From positions 172,608,001 through 172,672,000 of the forward strand of contig OX597815.1 in NCBI GenBank assembly GCA_951406725.2: a stretch of 64,000 nt of DNA, in the 5' to 3' direction. The stretch comes from Octopus vulgaris (lineage: Eukaryota). Position numbers and translations under genes: made by a program. The notes beneath the pieces were generated by a model. The model saw only the letters and a list, made by a program, of their open reading frames with translations. It did no database searches and was not told the DNA's origin. Each line of letters begins with the position of its first letter. Within the stretch, counting starts at the first letter, position 1. Below, one piece after another: positions 12,097-23,210 of this stretch.

Positions 12097-12460
12097 GGCA
12101 TAGGAGTGGCTGTGTGGATAGGTGTAGGTGTGGCTGTGTGGTAAGTAGCTTGTGTATGAACCACATGGTTCCGGGTTCAGTCCCACTGCGTGGCACCTTG
12201 GTAAGTGTCTTCTACTATAGCCTCCTGCCGACCAAAGCCTTGTGAGTGGATTTGGTAGACGGAAACTGAAAGAACTGGTCGTATATATGTATATATATAT
12301 ATGGTATGTTTACATCGCCGTAAATTAGCAGTTTGGCAAAAGAGACCAATAGAATAAGTACTAGGCTTACAAAGAATAAGTCCTGGGGTCGATTTGCTCG
12401 ACTAAAGGTGGTGCTCTAGCATGGCCACAGTCAAATGACTGAAATAAGTAAAAGAGTAAA
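12097..12460 (+). mobile_element. SINE family B copy with duplicated head
   Basis: GGCATAGGAGTGGCTGTGTGG...; TGGCTGTGTGG occurs twice. Inverse of 4050-4445. Confidence 0.85.
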
Positions 12461-13428
12461 TGCAATAGTAAAATGACTCGTTCAAAATCACATAACATCA
12501 GTTGCTGAAGTCAGCATTTTTATGTCTTGTTGTTCCATGCTAGGATTAGTTTAACAGGTTTCCTTGCCCACACCATTTCCATCTATCACCTTCTTTTGTG
12601 CTTTTAGCCACTAATTTCTCTCTTCTCTAAATACAGATCTTTCCCCATTCTCAATGCCCTTTCATCATGCCCCTTACTATAGCTTCCTCATGTACCTCCT
12701 TATCTCCCTCTCTTCCACTCTGACACTTTTCACATCATTCTACAACTTTCTGATGTATTCTCTTAACTGAAACTATTTATATGTCTCTCAATTTATAACT
12801 CTCTATATTGGTATTTCCTTTAATTGCACCTTCACCCACCTTCATAAATAATAGCAGGTAGCCATATATCTCCTCTATAGCTAGATACCTGTGCTTACAT
12901 TAGCCTTTTAACATCCAACTTATAACCACCTCCACTCAAATACTCCCCATTTTGTAGTGGGAGCCTTTTCTTTCCCTCTCCTTGTTCTTCTGTTGTGCCA
13001 GTAACATGAGAAAAGCATGCAGTACACTCTGTAAATTGCTTGATGTTAGGAAGTTCATCTAGCCATAGAAACTGTCCCATAGTTGATATTGAAGCCCAAC
13101 GTGGCCTTGCAACTTGCCAGCTCCTGTCAAACCATCCAACTCCTGCCAGCATGGAAAGTGGATATTGAATCTTGATGATGCTATGTAGTGAATGTTGATT
13201 TTCTGCTGTTTCTTTCTAAGGTTTCAAATCCCACTTCCCAACCTCCAGTGATTTACTACAGATAGAGCCCAAGTCTCACCATTCTTTACAGAAAGAATGG
13301 TAATAATTTCAGAAAGAGAAATCAGTATAACATCCCTTTCTAACTGTAGTTCTGTTCCTGTATCCACATCCAGTTCTAATCATCCAGCTAAGAGGAACTA
13401 ATAACTATTTGTTTTTAATTTTTGGCAG

Positions 13429-13621
13429 GTTCAAAAGGATGTTGAAGAGATGGTAATACTTACAGAGAAAGCTGAAAGACCATATGTAAAAAATATTCTT
13501 CAGAAGGAATTGTTGAAACTACAATCAGAACTTTCTGCCATGAAAGCGAAAGCATGTGCAAGTGAGAAAGCGGCTACAAATACTCAAAGCCGTTGTGTCA
13601 CTGTTGAATTAAGTACCTATG
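13429..13621 (+). CDS. CACYBP: CACYBP exon 2 (N-terminal helical hairpin domain)
   Basis: tttggcag|GTTCAAAAG...TATG|gtgagt. VQKDVEEMVILTEKAERPYVKNILQKE...TVELSTY. Phase 0 to 1. Confidence 0.93.
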
Positions 13622-13913
13622 GTGAGTTTTTTTTTTTTTTATAATGACATTATCACCATCATTTTTATGCTTGGGTTAGGGTTACCATAATGACATTTAC
13701 TAAATATGTCTATTTACCCAAATATTTTGTTTCAATTTTTGTTGCTATCTATGAGCCAAATCAAACAGCTTAAATTTGTAAGATTTAATGTTTCAATGTT
13801 TCAGAGTGCTTAATAGAAAGGTATATAATTAGATATTCAATAATAAATATCATAAATCTTTTGGAATATTTCACTTTGGCTTTTTAATTTTTATGCTGAC
13901 ATTTAATTCTTAA

Positions 13914-14127
13914 CCATTTCATTACTGTATTTATTTTGATATAATCTATGTTCCTTTCAATTAGTTTAAATATAACAAAGAATTTAGTAAAATAACTTAG
14001 TTATCATTCAGCTAATTTTAGGAACATAAATTGTGACTAAGGTTAGGTGGAAGATTTTAATTCAAAACTTATGAAAACAAGACATTTGTACTCAGAGCCA
14101 GTTTCAGCCGGGTTGGTAACGAAAGGG
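13914..14127. mobile_element. 214-bp piggyBac-type MITE with TTAA duplication
   Basis: TTAA|CCATTTCATTAC ... GTAACGAAAGGG|TTAA, same terminus as the longer piggyBac copies. Confidence 0.85.
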
Positions 14128-14518
14128 TTAATGTAGTGTATGTGTACATTCATTTCATAGTCATACTTCTGCATACCGTTATTGAAATCTTTAGGGATTT
14201 GTAGGATCTTCAGTCATGTATCTATTATAGCAATTACTAAATTTTGATTCTTTTACTTAGCTTATGTACTGTTGCTATTTAAGCCAAAATAAATAAATAA
14301 ATAAAAGCAGAAGACATTGCTATTGTACATCCTATGGTATCAGATGACACTTGACTTAGGTGTTTAAGTACCCTACTCAGTACATTAAGAAAAATTCTAT
14401 CTTCAGTCTTACAATGAACATAAGAGAAAAAGTTTTTTAATAGCATGATTGTTAGAGTTGTTTTAGTTCTAGCTCTTTAAGTTCAAATCCTGCTGAAATC
14501 ATCTTGGGCTTCCATCTG

Positions 14519-15135
14519 TCTTATATATTAAAAGGCAAGTTGTCTGTCTGTGTGTTATGTGAATCACTTCTACTACAATTTTCAACTGAATTTCACCAAA
14601 TTTGACATGTGTGCTCTTTTTGATTTAGGATGCTTTTTCTTATAATTTTTTTCCTTGAAATTCCACACCCCCAACATAAATAGATGACTCTCAATTCGCC
14701 TAGGATTTGAACCCACCACGTCTATGCAATGGTACGCAAAGTTGTCTGTCTGTCTGTGTGCGTGTGTTATGTGAACCACTTCTACTCCTACAATATTCAA
14801 CCGAATTTCACCAAATTTGACATGTGTGCTCTTTTTGATTTAGGATGCTTTTTCTTATAATTTTTTCCTTGAAATTCCACACCCCCAACATAAATAGATG
14901 ACTCTCAATTCTCCTAGGATTTGAACCCACCACGTCTATGCAATGGTACGCAAAGTTGTCTGTCTCTGTGTGTTATGTGAACCACTTCTACTCCTACAAT
15001 ATTCAACCGAATTTCACCAAATTTGACATGTGTGCTCTCTTTGATTTAGGACTATTTTACTTATAATTTTTTTCCTCAAAATTCCGTGCCCCCAACATAA
15101 ATAGACTACTCTCAATTTGCCTGGGATTTGGATGA
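14519..15135 (+). repeat. Three tandem copies of a ~200-215 bp unit, Helitron-like 5' module
   Basis: Units start at ~14537, 14739 and 14953 (AAGTTGTCTGTC...ATTTCACCAAATTTGACATGTGTGCTC...CCCCAACATAAATAGA). Array begins TCTTATATATTAAAAGGC. Confidence 0.9.
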
Positions 15136-15313
15136 ACAGCAAAGTTGATGTCCTCAGACAGATGAAATGCTGCTGAGCATTTTGCCCAGTGTGCTAATGA
15201 TTCTACCAGCTCACTGTCTTAGGATTTTGATATATTGTGATCTTGTCTATTTAAACATTTTCTTTTAAATTACTTAAAACTTTTGGTCTAATATTTACAT
15301 ATTTTTCTTTCAG

Positions 15314-15410
15314 CTTGGGATCAGTCTAATAAATACATGAAAATATATATTGATCTTAAAAATATTCAACAGTTATCTAAAGAAAACATAAAATGTGATT
15401 TTCAAGAAAC
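15314..15410 (+). CDS. CACYBP: CACYBP exon 3 (CS domain start)
   Basis: ctttcag|CTTGGGATCAG...GAAAC|gtaagt. AWDQSNKYMKIYIDL versus human GWDQSDKFVKIYITL. Phase 1 to 2. Confidence 0.96.
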
Positions 15411-15439
15411 GTAAGTTGAACTTTTTTTTACACTCTTAA

Positions 15440-17333
15440 CCCTTTCGATAGCAACCCAGCCACAGCCAGCTGAAAAATCTTTTGGCTCAAACAACAAACC
15501 CAGCCATAGCTGGCCAAGCAAACCCATTGTTATTTAAATGTGAATTTCAGCACAAATCTCATTAGTACATTTGTGGAAACATGTGATTTCACTTCGTAAA
15601 TAGTCAAGTTATAGTATCCAACATTGATATGATATCTGATCTCCGTAAATTTTGGGAGATGTTTTTCCACATTTTTTCTGTGGCGATTTTTTTCAACTTT
15701 AAAAATGGATAGGAGTGATTCTGTATTAGAGGGCTTTTTAAAAGAAGATATTGAGAAATCAAGCAAAAGTATGAGTGAACTACAAAAGCACATTATGTAT
15801 GTAAATGAATCATATATTTCTGTATCCAAAACTGAAAGCAGTGATTCTGAAGAAACTGAAAGCGATGATAGCAACATCTCTATTGTAATGTGATATAATA
15901 GTTTCACTATGTAAGAAGTTAAAAAATATTTCCATCAACAATTTTTCTGAGGAGACTGGATCTACTCATAGTCTTTCTCAGGAAGCATAACTGTTAGACT
16001 TTTTTTCCTTATTTTTTCCAGTAAGCTTGTTTGAAGCGATCACTGCAGAAACAAACTGTTATGCAGAATATAAACAAACTGGAAAAAAAGATAGCTTGTG
16101 GTTTCCCACAAGCGTAGAAGAAATACAGGCATTTTTTGCCATAAATATTGTTATGGGTATAAGACAATTACCCAGAATTACAAATTACAGGAGCAATCAG
16201 TATTTCCAGTATTATGTCAGAGACATGATTTGTGAAATTGAATCAGTATTTACACGTGAGAGACACTTGTATGTGGAAAAACAAACTTTGATCCCTTTTT
16301 TTAAAATAAGACCCCTCATGGACTGTGTTCAAAACACATATAGAACACTACAATCCTGATAGATACCTATCCGTCAATGAGGGAATGGTGGAGTATAAAG
16401 GAAGGGTACACTTCCAACAATATAAGCCAGGAAAGCCCACGAAGTGGAGGATCAAAGTTTGGAAAATTTGTGAAGTAAGTACTGGGTACTGCTGAGGGTT
16501 TAGTTTTATACTGGGAAAAGGGACAATGATATTAGTCAGCATGGCCTAGGGTACAGTGTGGTTTGGAATTTATCACTTCCATACCATAACTAGGGCCGTA
16601 TAATCATTTTTGACCATTATTTTTTTTTTAGTTCAGTCTAACTTGTGTTGGATTTAGAAACTGTAACAACATATATGTGTGCTACAGTAATTGCTAGTAG
16701 AAAAGGGCTGCTGTTGGATATAAAAAAAAAAACAAAATTAGAAAAAAAAAAGAGGTGAAATAATCCAACAGCAGAAAGGAAATTTACTAGCGGCCGCATG
16801 CAGAGATAAGAGGCAGATAAATTTTCTATCTATCGGTGCACAACCATGTGTAGATGAAAATAGCACCCCGTTTGTGAACCTCTATTATATGGTCAGTGTA
16901 GATTGGCTGAACGAAATGAGTTATTATTCAGTTGGTAGACCGGTTAATAAATGGTGGCAATACCTGGTTTGATATATAGTAAACATGAGCATTAAATATA
17001 AATGATAATCTAGTAATGTGCACAATACTTCTATATTAAAATTCTGTTGCATAGCCAATTGAATATTAGCTGATGATTCATTTTCTATGGTGATGTTTAA
17101 ACAAAATTTTAATATTTTTATATTTTGCTGAATTTACCTGTATTTACCTGTAGAGTCACTTTGAGACAAAAGTTATCCAATAGAATTAAGAACCTTTTCT
17201 TCAATTGTGTTCCAAAAATCACAATATGTTGATAAATAAAAATGTTTAATGAAACTAGTCTAAATTCATGATTATTTTAGAATTTAATTCTCATAAGGCA
17301 TGTATTTTGGTTAGAAATATAGTAACGAAAGGG
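15440..17333 (+). mobile_element. Near full-length decayed piggyBac transposon (PGBD-like transposase pseudogene)
   Basis: TTAA|CCCTTTCGATAGC ... GTAACGAAAGGG|TTAA. Fragments 'LSVNEGMVEYKGRVHFQQYKPGKPTKWRIKVW', 'IIFDHYF', 'RDKRQINFLS', 'KWWQYL' with stops and frameshifts. Confidence 0.95.
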
Positions 17334-18415
17334 TTAAGTAATTGAAACATTGCAAAGTAAGATAAATCATTTTAATTATCTACTTAATATCTGGAAAAAA
17401 AATGTGATCTAAAACCTGTTTATATTTCTAATAGTGTTGAAAACTTGAAATCCATTCAGTTTGGTTTCAAAAACTTCTGTGAATTATGGGAAAAAGACAT
17501 AGGGGAAATTACTTAAGTCAGACTCATCAACTGTAGATATTGCAAAGTATTGGCTTAATTATAGATAGATAGTTTGAAAGAGACGGTGTTTACATTTTTT
17601 AATGTAATTTCAGGAAAATTTGGCTGCTATTTCTTGCAGGTTGAGACTCTATAAAGAAGTTCTCTCAGCTGATGACTAGAATGAATAGTTTTAATAGGTA
17701 GTTGTAGGCCAAGTTAAGTAAGCACAAGTAAAATGTAATTTATTGATTTTAATATAGATGATTGGTAAACAAAACAATAGGTCAACCACTAACTCTAAAC
17801 CCTATGGTGTTTCACTTTGCAAATGCACGATATACTGTCAGTTTCCTTGTGCACAAAAGCAAATGTTTTAAGACATACAAATAGATACTTACTGATAACT
17901 TCTTCCCCAAAATTCTATAAAATTTTGATGTAAACAATATCTTACCAAATATAAATATGGATTATATGTCATTTAATATGCTGTGCAAATAGTTTGATTT
18001 ATTGAGAATACATAATTTCATATATGCACACACACATTTTTACATTGTGAAAAGAAATTTATGGTGATGCAATTTTACTATATGTTGGCCAAATTTGCAT
18101 TAATGAGAAAATTACCTTCAAATTTTGATGGTTGGTACTTAAGTATAATTTCAATTATATAGAGAGGGAGGCACAGACATGATCTTTTTTTTATGCCTAT
18201 TCAGATTCAAGTAGTTTGCAAATAAATTTTAAGCCTCATCCTTTATTTTACAAGGTGGGGTCCATATTCTTCAGTCTAGAAGCAACTGTAGACTCCATTG
18301 CCAAAGTGATAACATGAATCTAACCATTGCTATTATATTTTAAAATATATTAAAAAAAAATGAATGAAGTGTTTCTTGAGAAAATATTTAATTAGATTTG
18401 TAATTCTATTGACAG

Positions 18416-18515
18416 ATCTTTGGATTTAACTGTTTCAAATCTTGATAACAAAAATTACCATTTCAAAGTGAAGAAGTTGGCCGGCTCCATCACACCATCA
18501 GACAGTTCCTTCAAG
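18416..18515 (+). CDS. CACYBP: CACYBP exon 4 (CS domain)
   Basis: gacag|ATCTTTGGAT...TTCAAG|gttagt. SLDLTVSNLDNKNYHFKVKKL...SSFK versus human SFDLLVKNLNGKSY. Phase 2 to 0. Confidence 0.95.
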
Positions 18516-19126
18516 GTTAGTTAAATACTGATGCTTTACTTCACTAATCATAACACATAGCTTCCATTTGATTTTCGTTTTTCAGATATTTCATTGTTGT
18601 TTTTCTATGGTCATTGTTTTATTTATTTCACACTTAGTGAACACTGGCATTTATTGGTTGCATTTTCTCCTACAAGCTGGTATGCTGGCATTAAGCAAGA
18701 TGAGCTGAAATACTTGAACACTTGCTTAAACTTGTAGCTGTTTTTGTCAAGTCCTAAAGGAACTGTTTTGCTGATGTAGGAAGCAGGAATTGAACTCGGA
18801 TCACACAAAACCAAAACAGATACTTCAAGGCTTTCTATTCAGTACTACAACTCTTCTGTTTCAACACCAATTGAGTGTAAATGTTTTACTTTTGCTTTCC
18901 TTGCTGGCAAGGCTTGGATGGGGTGCCACAGTTTAGGGTCTTCACCTTCAGGTGTTGCTCACCTAGACAGGTTGGAGGACCAATATCTCTCTCACTTGTT
19001 TGATTTTGGCTTGACATGGTTTCTATACCTGGTTGCCCTCATTTACAACCTTATGCTTAACACAATGTACTCTGGCTCGATTCCTTTTCCTTTTTTATAC
19101 ACACACACACAGCACAAAAGGTGCAT

Positions 19127-19455
19127 GTGAAGGCACCTGGTTCAGTGGGTACGGTGTTGAGGTCACAATCATCAGTTCAATTCCCAAACAAGTCTCTGTG
19201 TTGTATTCTTGAGCAGAACACTTTTTTTCATGTTGCTTCAGTTCACTCAGTTGTAGAAATGAGTTGCAACGTCACTGGTGCCAAGCTGTTTAGGCCTTTG
19301 CCTTTCCCTTGGGCTAACATTGGTGGTGTGGAAAGGGGAGATTGTTATGCATGGGCGGCTGCAGCTCTTCCATAAACAATCATGCCCAGATTTGTCTTGG
19401 AGGGTAACATTCTAGGTGCAATTCCTATGGTCATTCATGACCGAAGAGGATCTTT
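19127..19455 (+). mobile_element. tRNA-derived SINE, family C (GTGAAGGC.C.TGGTTCAGTGG...TTCTTGAGCA.GACAC)
   Basis: Colinear with 50551-50885 and inverse of 40625-40953. ACAGCACAAAA on both flanks. Confidence 0.85.
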
Positions 19456-19767
19456 ACAGCACAAAAATTGTCATGTCTGCAATGGCATTAAAGGAATCTC
19501 AGGGCCCCACATATTTGTTCATTCACCAATCTCTTTGCAGAATGTGAGGTATGAACGTGGTAGGATCACTCAGTATATTGAGATAGGTACATATGATCCA
19601 GGAGGGGATGTTGACAAAGAACCAGGATGCTGGAGAGAAAAGTAGACAGAGTATGATGGCAAACAGTGAAATGGAGTGATATCATGCACTCTGGGAGAGC
19701 AGACTGATGGTCAAGAGTACTGAATGTAATTGGCCCCCAAGTATGTGTGTGTGTATGTATGTATGTG

Positions 19768-19819
<52 letters not shown>

Positions 19820-20621
19820 TGGGGGGTTTCTACACAGCTTCAGCCTACCAAATTCTACTCACTAAGCATTAGTAAATCTGAGGGTTATGATGTGAGTCAC
19901 TTGTCCAAAGTATGATACAGTGGGATTGAATCTGAAAGCAAAGCAAACTTCTTATCCACACAACCATGCCTGAATATATATATATATGTATATATATATA
20001 TATCTTTTGAACGGTGGCTATGCTGGAGCACCACCTTGAAGGGTTTTAGCCTAGCAAATTGACCCCAGTACTTTTTTTACTTTTAAATATTCTGCTAAGT
20101 AGAACTTGTATCACACTTTCAAGACTCTTAAATGTAAAAGCTCAGTGTTTAAACTTTCTATTTTCTTGCATATTGAATAACTATGAATTCAACATGGTTC
20201 AAGAAGCACATATTTTCAATGTATAGCTCTCCTAATTTATAAATTATTTTTAAGAGCATAACTACAATTTTAGGTTGTGATATTTATTGTCTTGAATGAA
20301 AAAATCTTTTTTTTCTTTTACAAACCACCTCAGTAGCAATAAAGGAATAAAATGAATATCATATCAAGCTACAAAAGCAGATGGTTAGTTGGGATTTTTT
20401 TAGTATATAGAAAATATGGAGAAAATTTAGGTTGCTATATCATCCAGTGCTTAACAAATCGATTTTTTTTTTCTTTGACCTCACATTGTATTAGAACAAT
20501 TGCGTTTAATCTATTTATCATTTCTAACGGTAGATTGCTTAGTTATCTTGTTTTTCATAAATTTTTCTAGGTTATATTAATTTATTTCAATTATGGTCTA
20601 TTTGTTTTTTTTTCTTTCCAG

Positions 20622-20722
20622 ATTAAGACTGATTCCCTAGTGTTGATGTTAATGAAGAAGAATCAGATCACCTGGGATCATGTTTCAGAAGTTTCATTAG
20701 ATAAAAAGAAAGAAAAAATAAA
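20622..20722 (+). CDS. CACYBP: CACYBP exon 5
   Basis: tttccag|ATTAAGACTGAT...ATAAA|gtaagt. IKTDSLVLMLMKKNQITWDHV versus human VKTDTVLILCRKK..WDYL. Phase 0 to 2. Confidence 0.95.
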
Positions 20723-21618
20723 GTAAGTTAAGTTTTAGCAATGTTTGTACTGTGATATACCTGCAAGTGCTTAATTGATTCTGGAAAGATCCTGATTTAT
20801 TTTTTAATACAGGTAAAAATGCACATCTCTTAATCATATTGTTATGAGGAATTATATAACATTCTGTACTATGATGATAAATATTGAACTGTTAGTATGG
20901 AAAACTGTATTGAAAAAGCAAATGTCATTTAATTTGACAATTATAATCTTGAATGAAAAGTTAATTTCCTATTAGTCATTAGTTTTGCATATTTTTTGAT
21001 ACTGACTTAATCATTTTTTTTTATTTCATTTGTGCTATCTTAGTATTAGAGCATATCATAGTTTTTAAATTTTTAATTTGCCTAATGGTGTTTGTTTTCT
21101 TAGAGATATTGATAGTAAATTTGTAATTCCAGGCTAATGACTTGTGTGTTTGAATGTGTTTAAGAAAAGATTGTTTTCCCAGTTTGATAGTTGAGATAAT
21201 GACAAGTCAGGATTACAAAAGATATAATATTTATTCACAAGAACAGTGTTTATAAAGTTTGACTTGTGCTTTATAAAGTTAGAAGTTGTACAATTCTTAT
21301 AAGAAATGTGATTGGTAACATTAAAATTGTGCTGATTAATCCTGGAATGTAAAGTTCTTAGTTGATATTGCACATAAGGAAGGTTTGACAGGTGAAGTTC
21401 TTAAAAGAACTGTTTTAAAGTCTGATGTGAGCTCTTAAAAGAACTTTGTTTGGTTATTACATATAATCAATTGAGAAATAGTGTAATACAGCTAGTACTT
21501 GGTGATGCCAGGAATCAAGCTATCTCCTTGAGGCAAAATTTTGGCTGCATTTTATAACAAGAAAGTAATGTGTATGTGTTGTTTGATTATGCTTGAATTA
21601 TTATATATTTGTGTGGTA

Positions 21619-21650
<32 letters not shown>

Positions 21651-23065
21651 TATATGCATGTAGATATGTATTTGAGACATCTATTTTTTAGAATTTGAAA
21701 TAAGTATTTCTTTTATGCAAGGAAATAAGAATGAACAAAAGAAGCCAATTTAGGGCTGTGATATCAATTAGCACGGAAGTGATTAACATGTTTACAGCTT
21801 TGATAAAACATTAAATTTTTTTAAAGAAAAGTTATCCTTTATTAAATATACAACAAATGCATAAAATTTGGAGACCTTGTGATGTTGTCTCACCATAAAG
21901 ACGATTTTTCTTCTTTTCTAAATATGAAATTTTCAAGAGCATTACTCTCATCTTCATTGTTCTCCCTTTGACATTTCCTTTGACATTTAAGCAAGAATTA
22001 TTTGATGCTTATTTTTTACTCTTTAAAACTCAAGATTATGATTTAGTACACCCCACTCACATCTTTTCATGTCGAAAATTTCCTGCTGCTTCACCAAGAT
22101 ATTTTTTATTCTTGATCTAAATAAAAATACTTTACGGTAAACCAAACATAATCAATAATATACCCTCATTTTTAGACTTGGAGTTAACTAAAATTTAATA
22201 TTTACAATAAGATTATGCTCTAAATTGTTGGGAGATGATGTTGATTTTTATCAGCCTCAATGCCAATGTCAACCTTGTTTTCATTCTTTTAAGATTCATA
22301 GAGTACCATTAAGTACTGGGTTTAAATCAGTCAATTGTTACTGATATCCCTGAGGATTCTTTCAAATAATTGACTGTGGTTATCTCAAATGAATCTTCTC
22401 AAGACTGCTTGCATTTACAGGTTAACTCTGATAGCACATTAATTCTGTGAAAAGCAGTGGCCCCAGTGATACTTAATGATGGAACAATGCCACACAGTTC
22501 TATAATTGAGATGGTTGGCATGTCTGTCATCAGGTCCAACACCCAGCAACATAAGTATTTCACTGGTAATTATGTTAGTGATCCCAGAAGGATGAAAGGA
22601 ACTTGGTGTTTGGGGAGTGGAGAGCTCAGACAGGACTGATTACTCAATGGTATTCAATGCAACACTGTTGTCCTTACTAATAACTATTTCTTGCTTTGGC
22701 ACAAGGTGGGATATTAACTCAAAACATACAGGGTCATAACAATTATGCAAGGCTTAACTTGGTACTCTACTTCTGCCTCTCAATCACGTTTTTCAGTAAC
22801 AACCCATGAAACAAATATCATTTCCTTGCTTCTGCATTTAAATATTTCAATAAAGTATATTTACCAAATCAAATACAGACATTGGAAATATATCAACGAA
22901 ACCAAATTCTAAAGTGGAATTTCAAACTAATAGATGAACAAATCCACTTTACATTTTTAGAAGATATTTCTCCTTTTTTATGATTCAAAAGACGAGATTA
23001 CTCTGCATTTCTGGAATGTATGAAATAACTGCACTTAACAAAAATTACAATATTTCTCATTTCAG

Positions 23066-23210
23066 GAAACCAACTCTTGATGATGACAAAGATCCAAGTG
23101 AAGGCATCATGGACATATTAAAGAACATATATGATGAAGGTGATGATGAAATGAAACGAACAATAAGTAAAGCATGGTACAAGTCCCGAAATAAAGTATC
23201 AGAACTTTAA
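23066..23210 (+). CDS. CACYBP: CACYBP exon 6 (SGS domain, stop)
   Basis: tttcag|GAAACCA...[32 protein letters not shown] is the SGS signature. Six exons total 657 nt = 218 aa + stop. Confidence 0.97.

Noticed and set aside
14537-15135. Regularly spaced repeats as a CRISPR-like array
   Set aside because: Whole units repeat with no unique spacers, the context is eukaryotic and there are no cas genes.
22980-23065. N-terminal part of ORF 22980-23210 as coding
   Set aside because: Intronic read-through. Homology begins at the acceptor at 23066.
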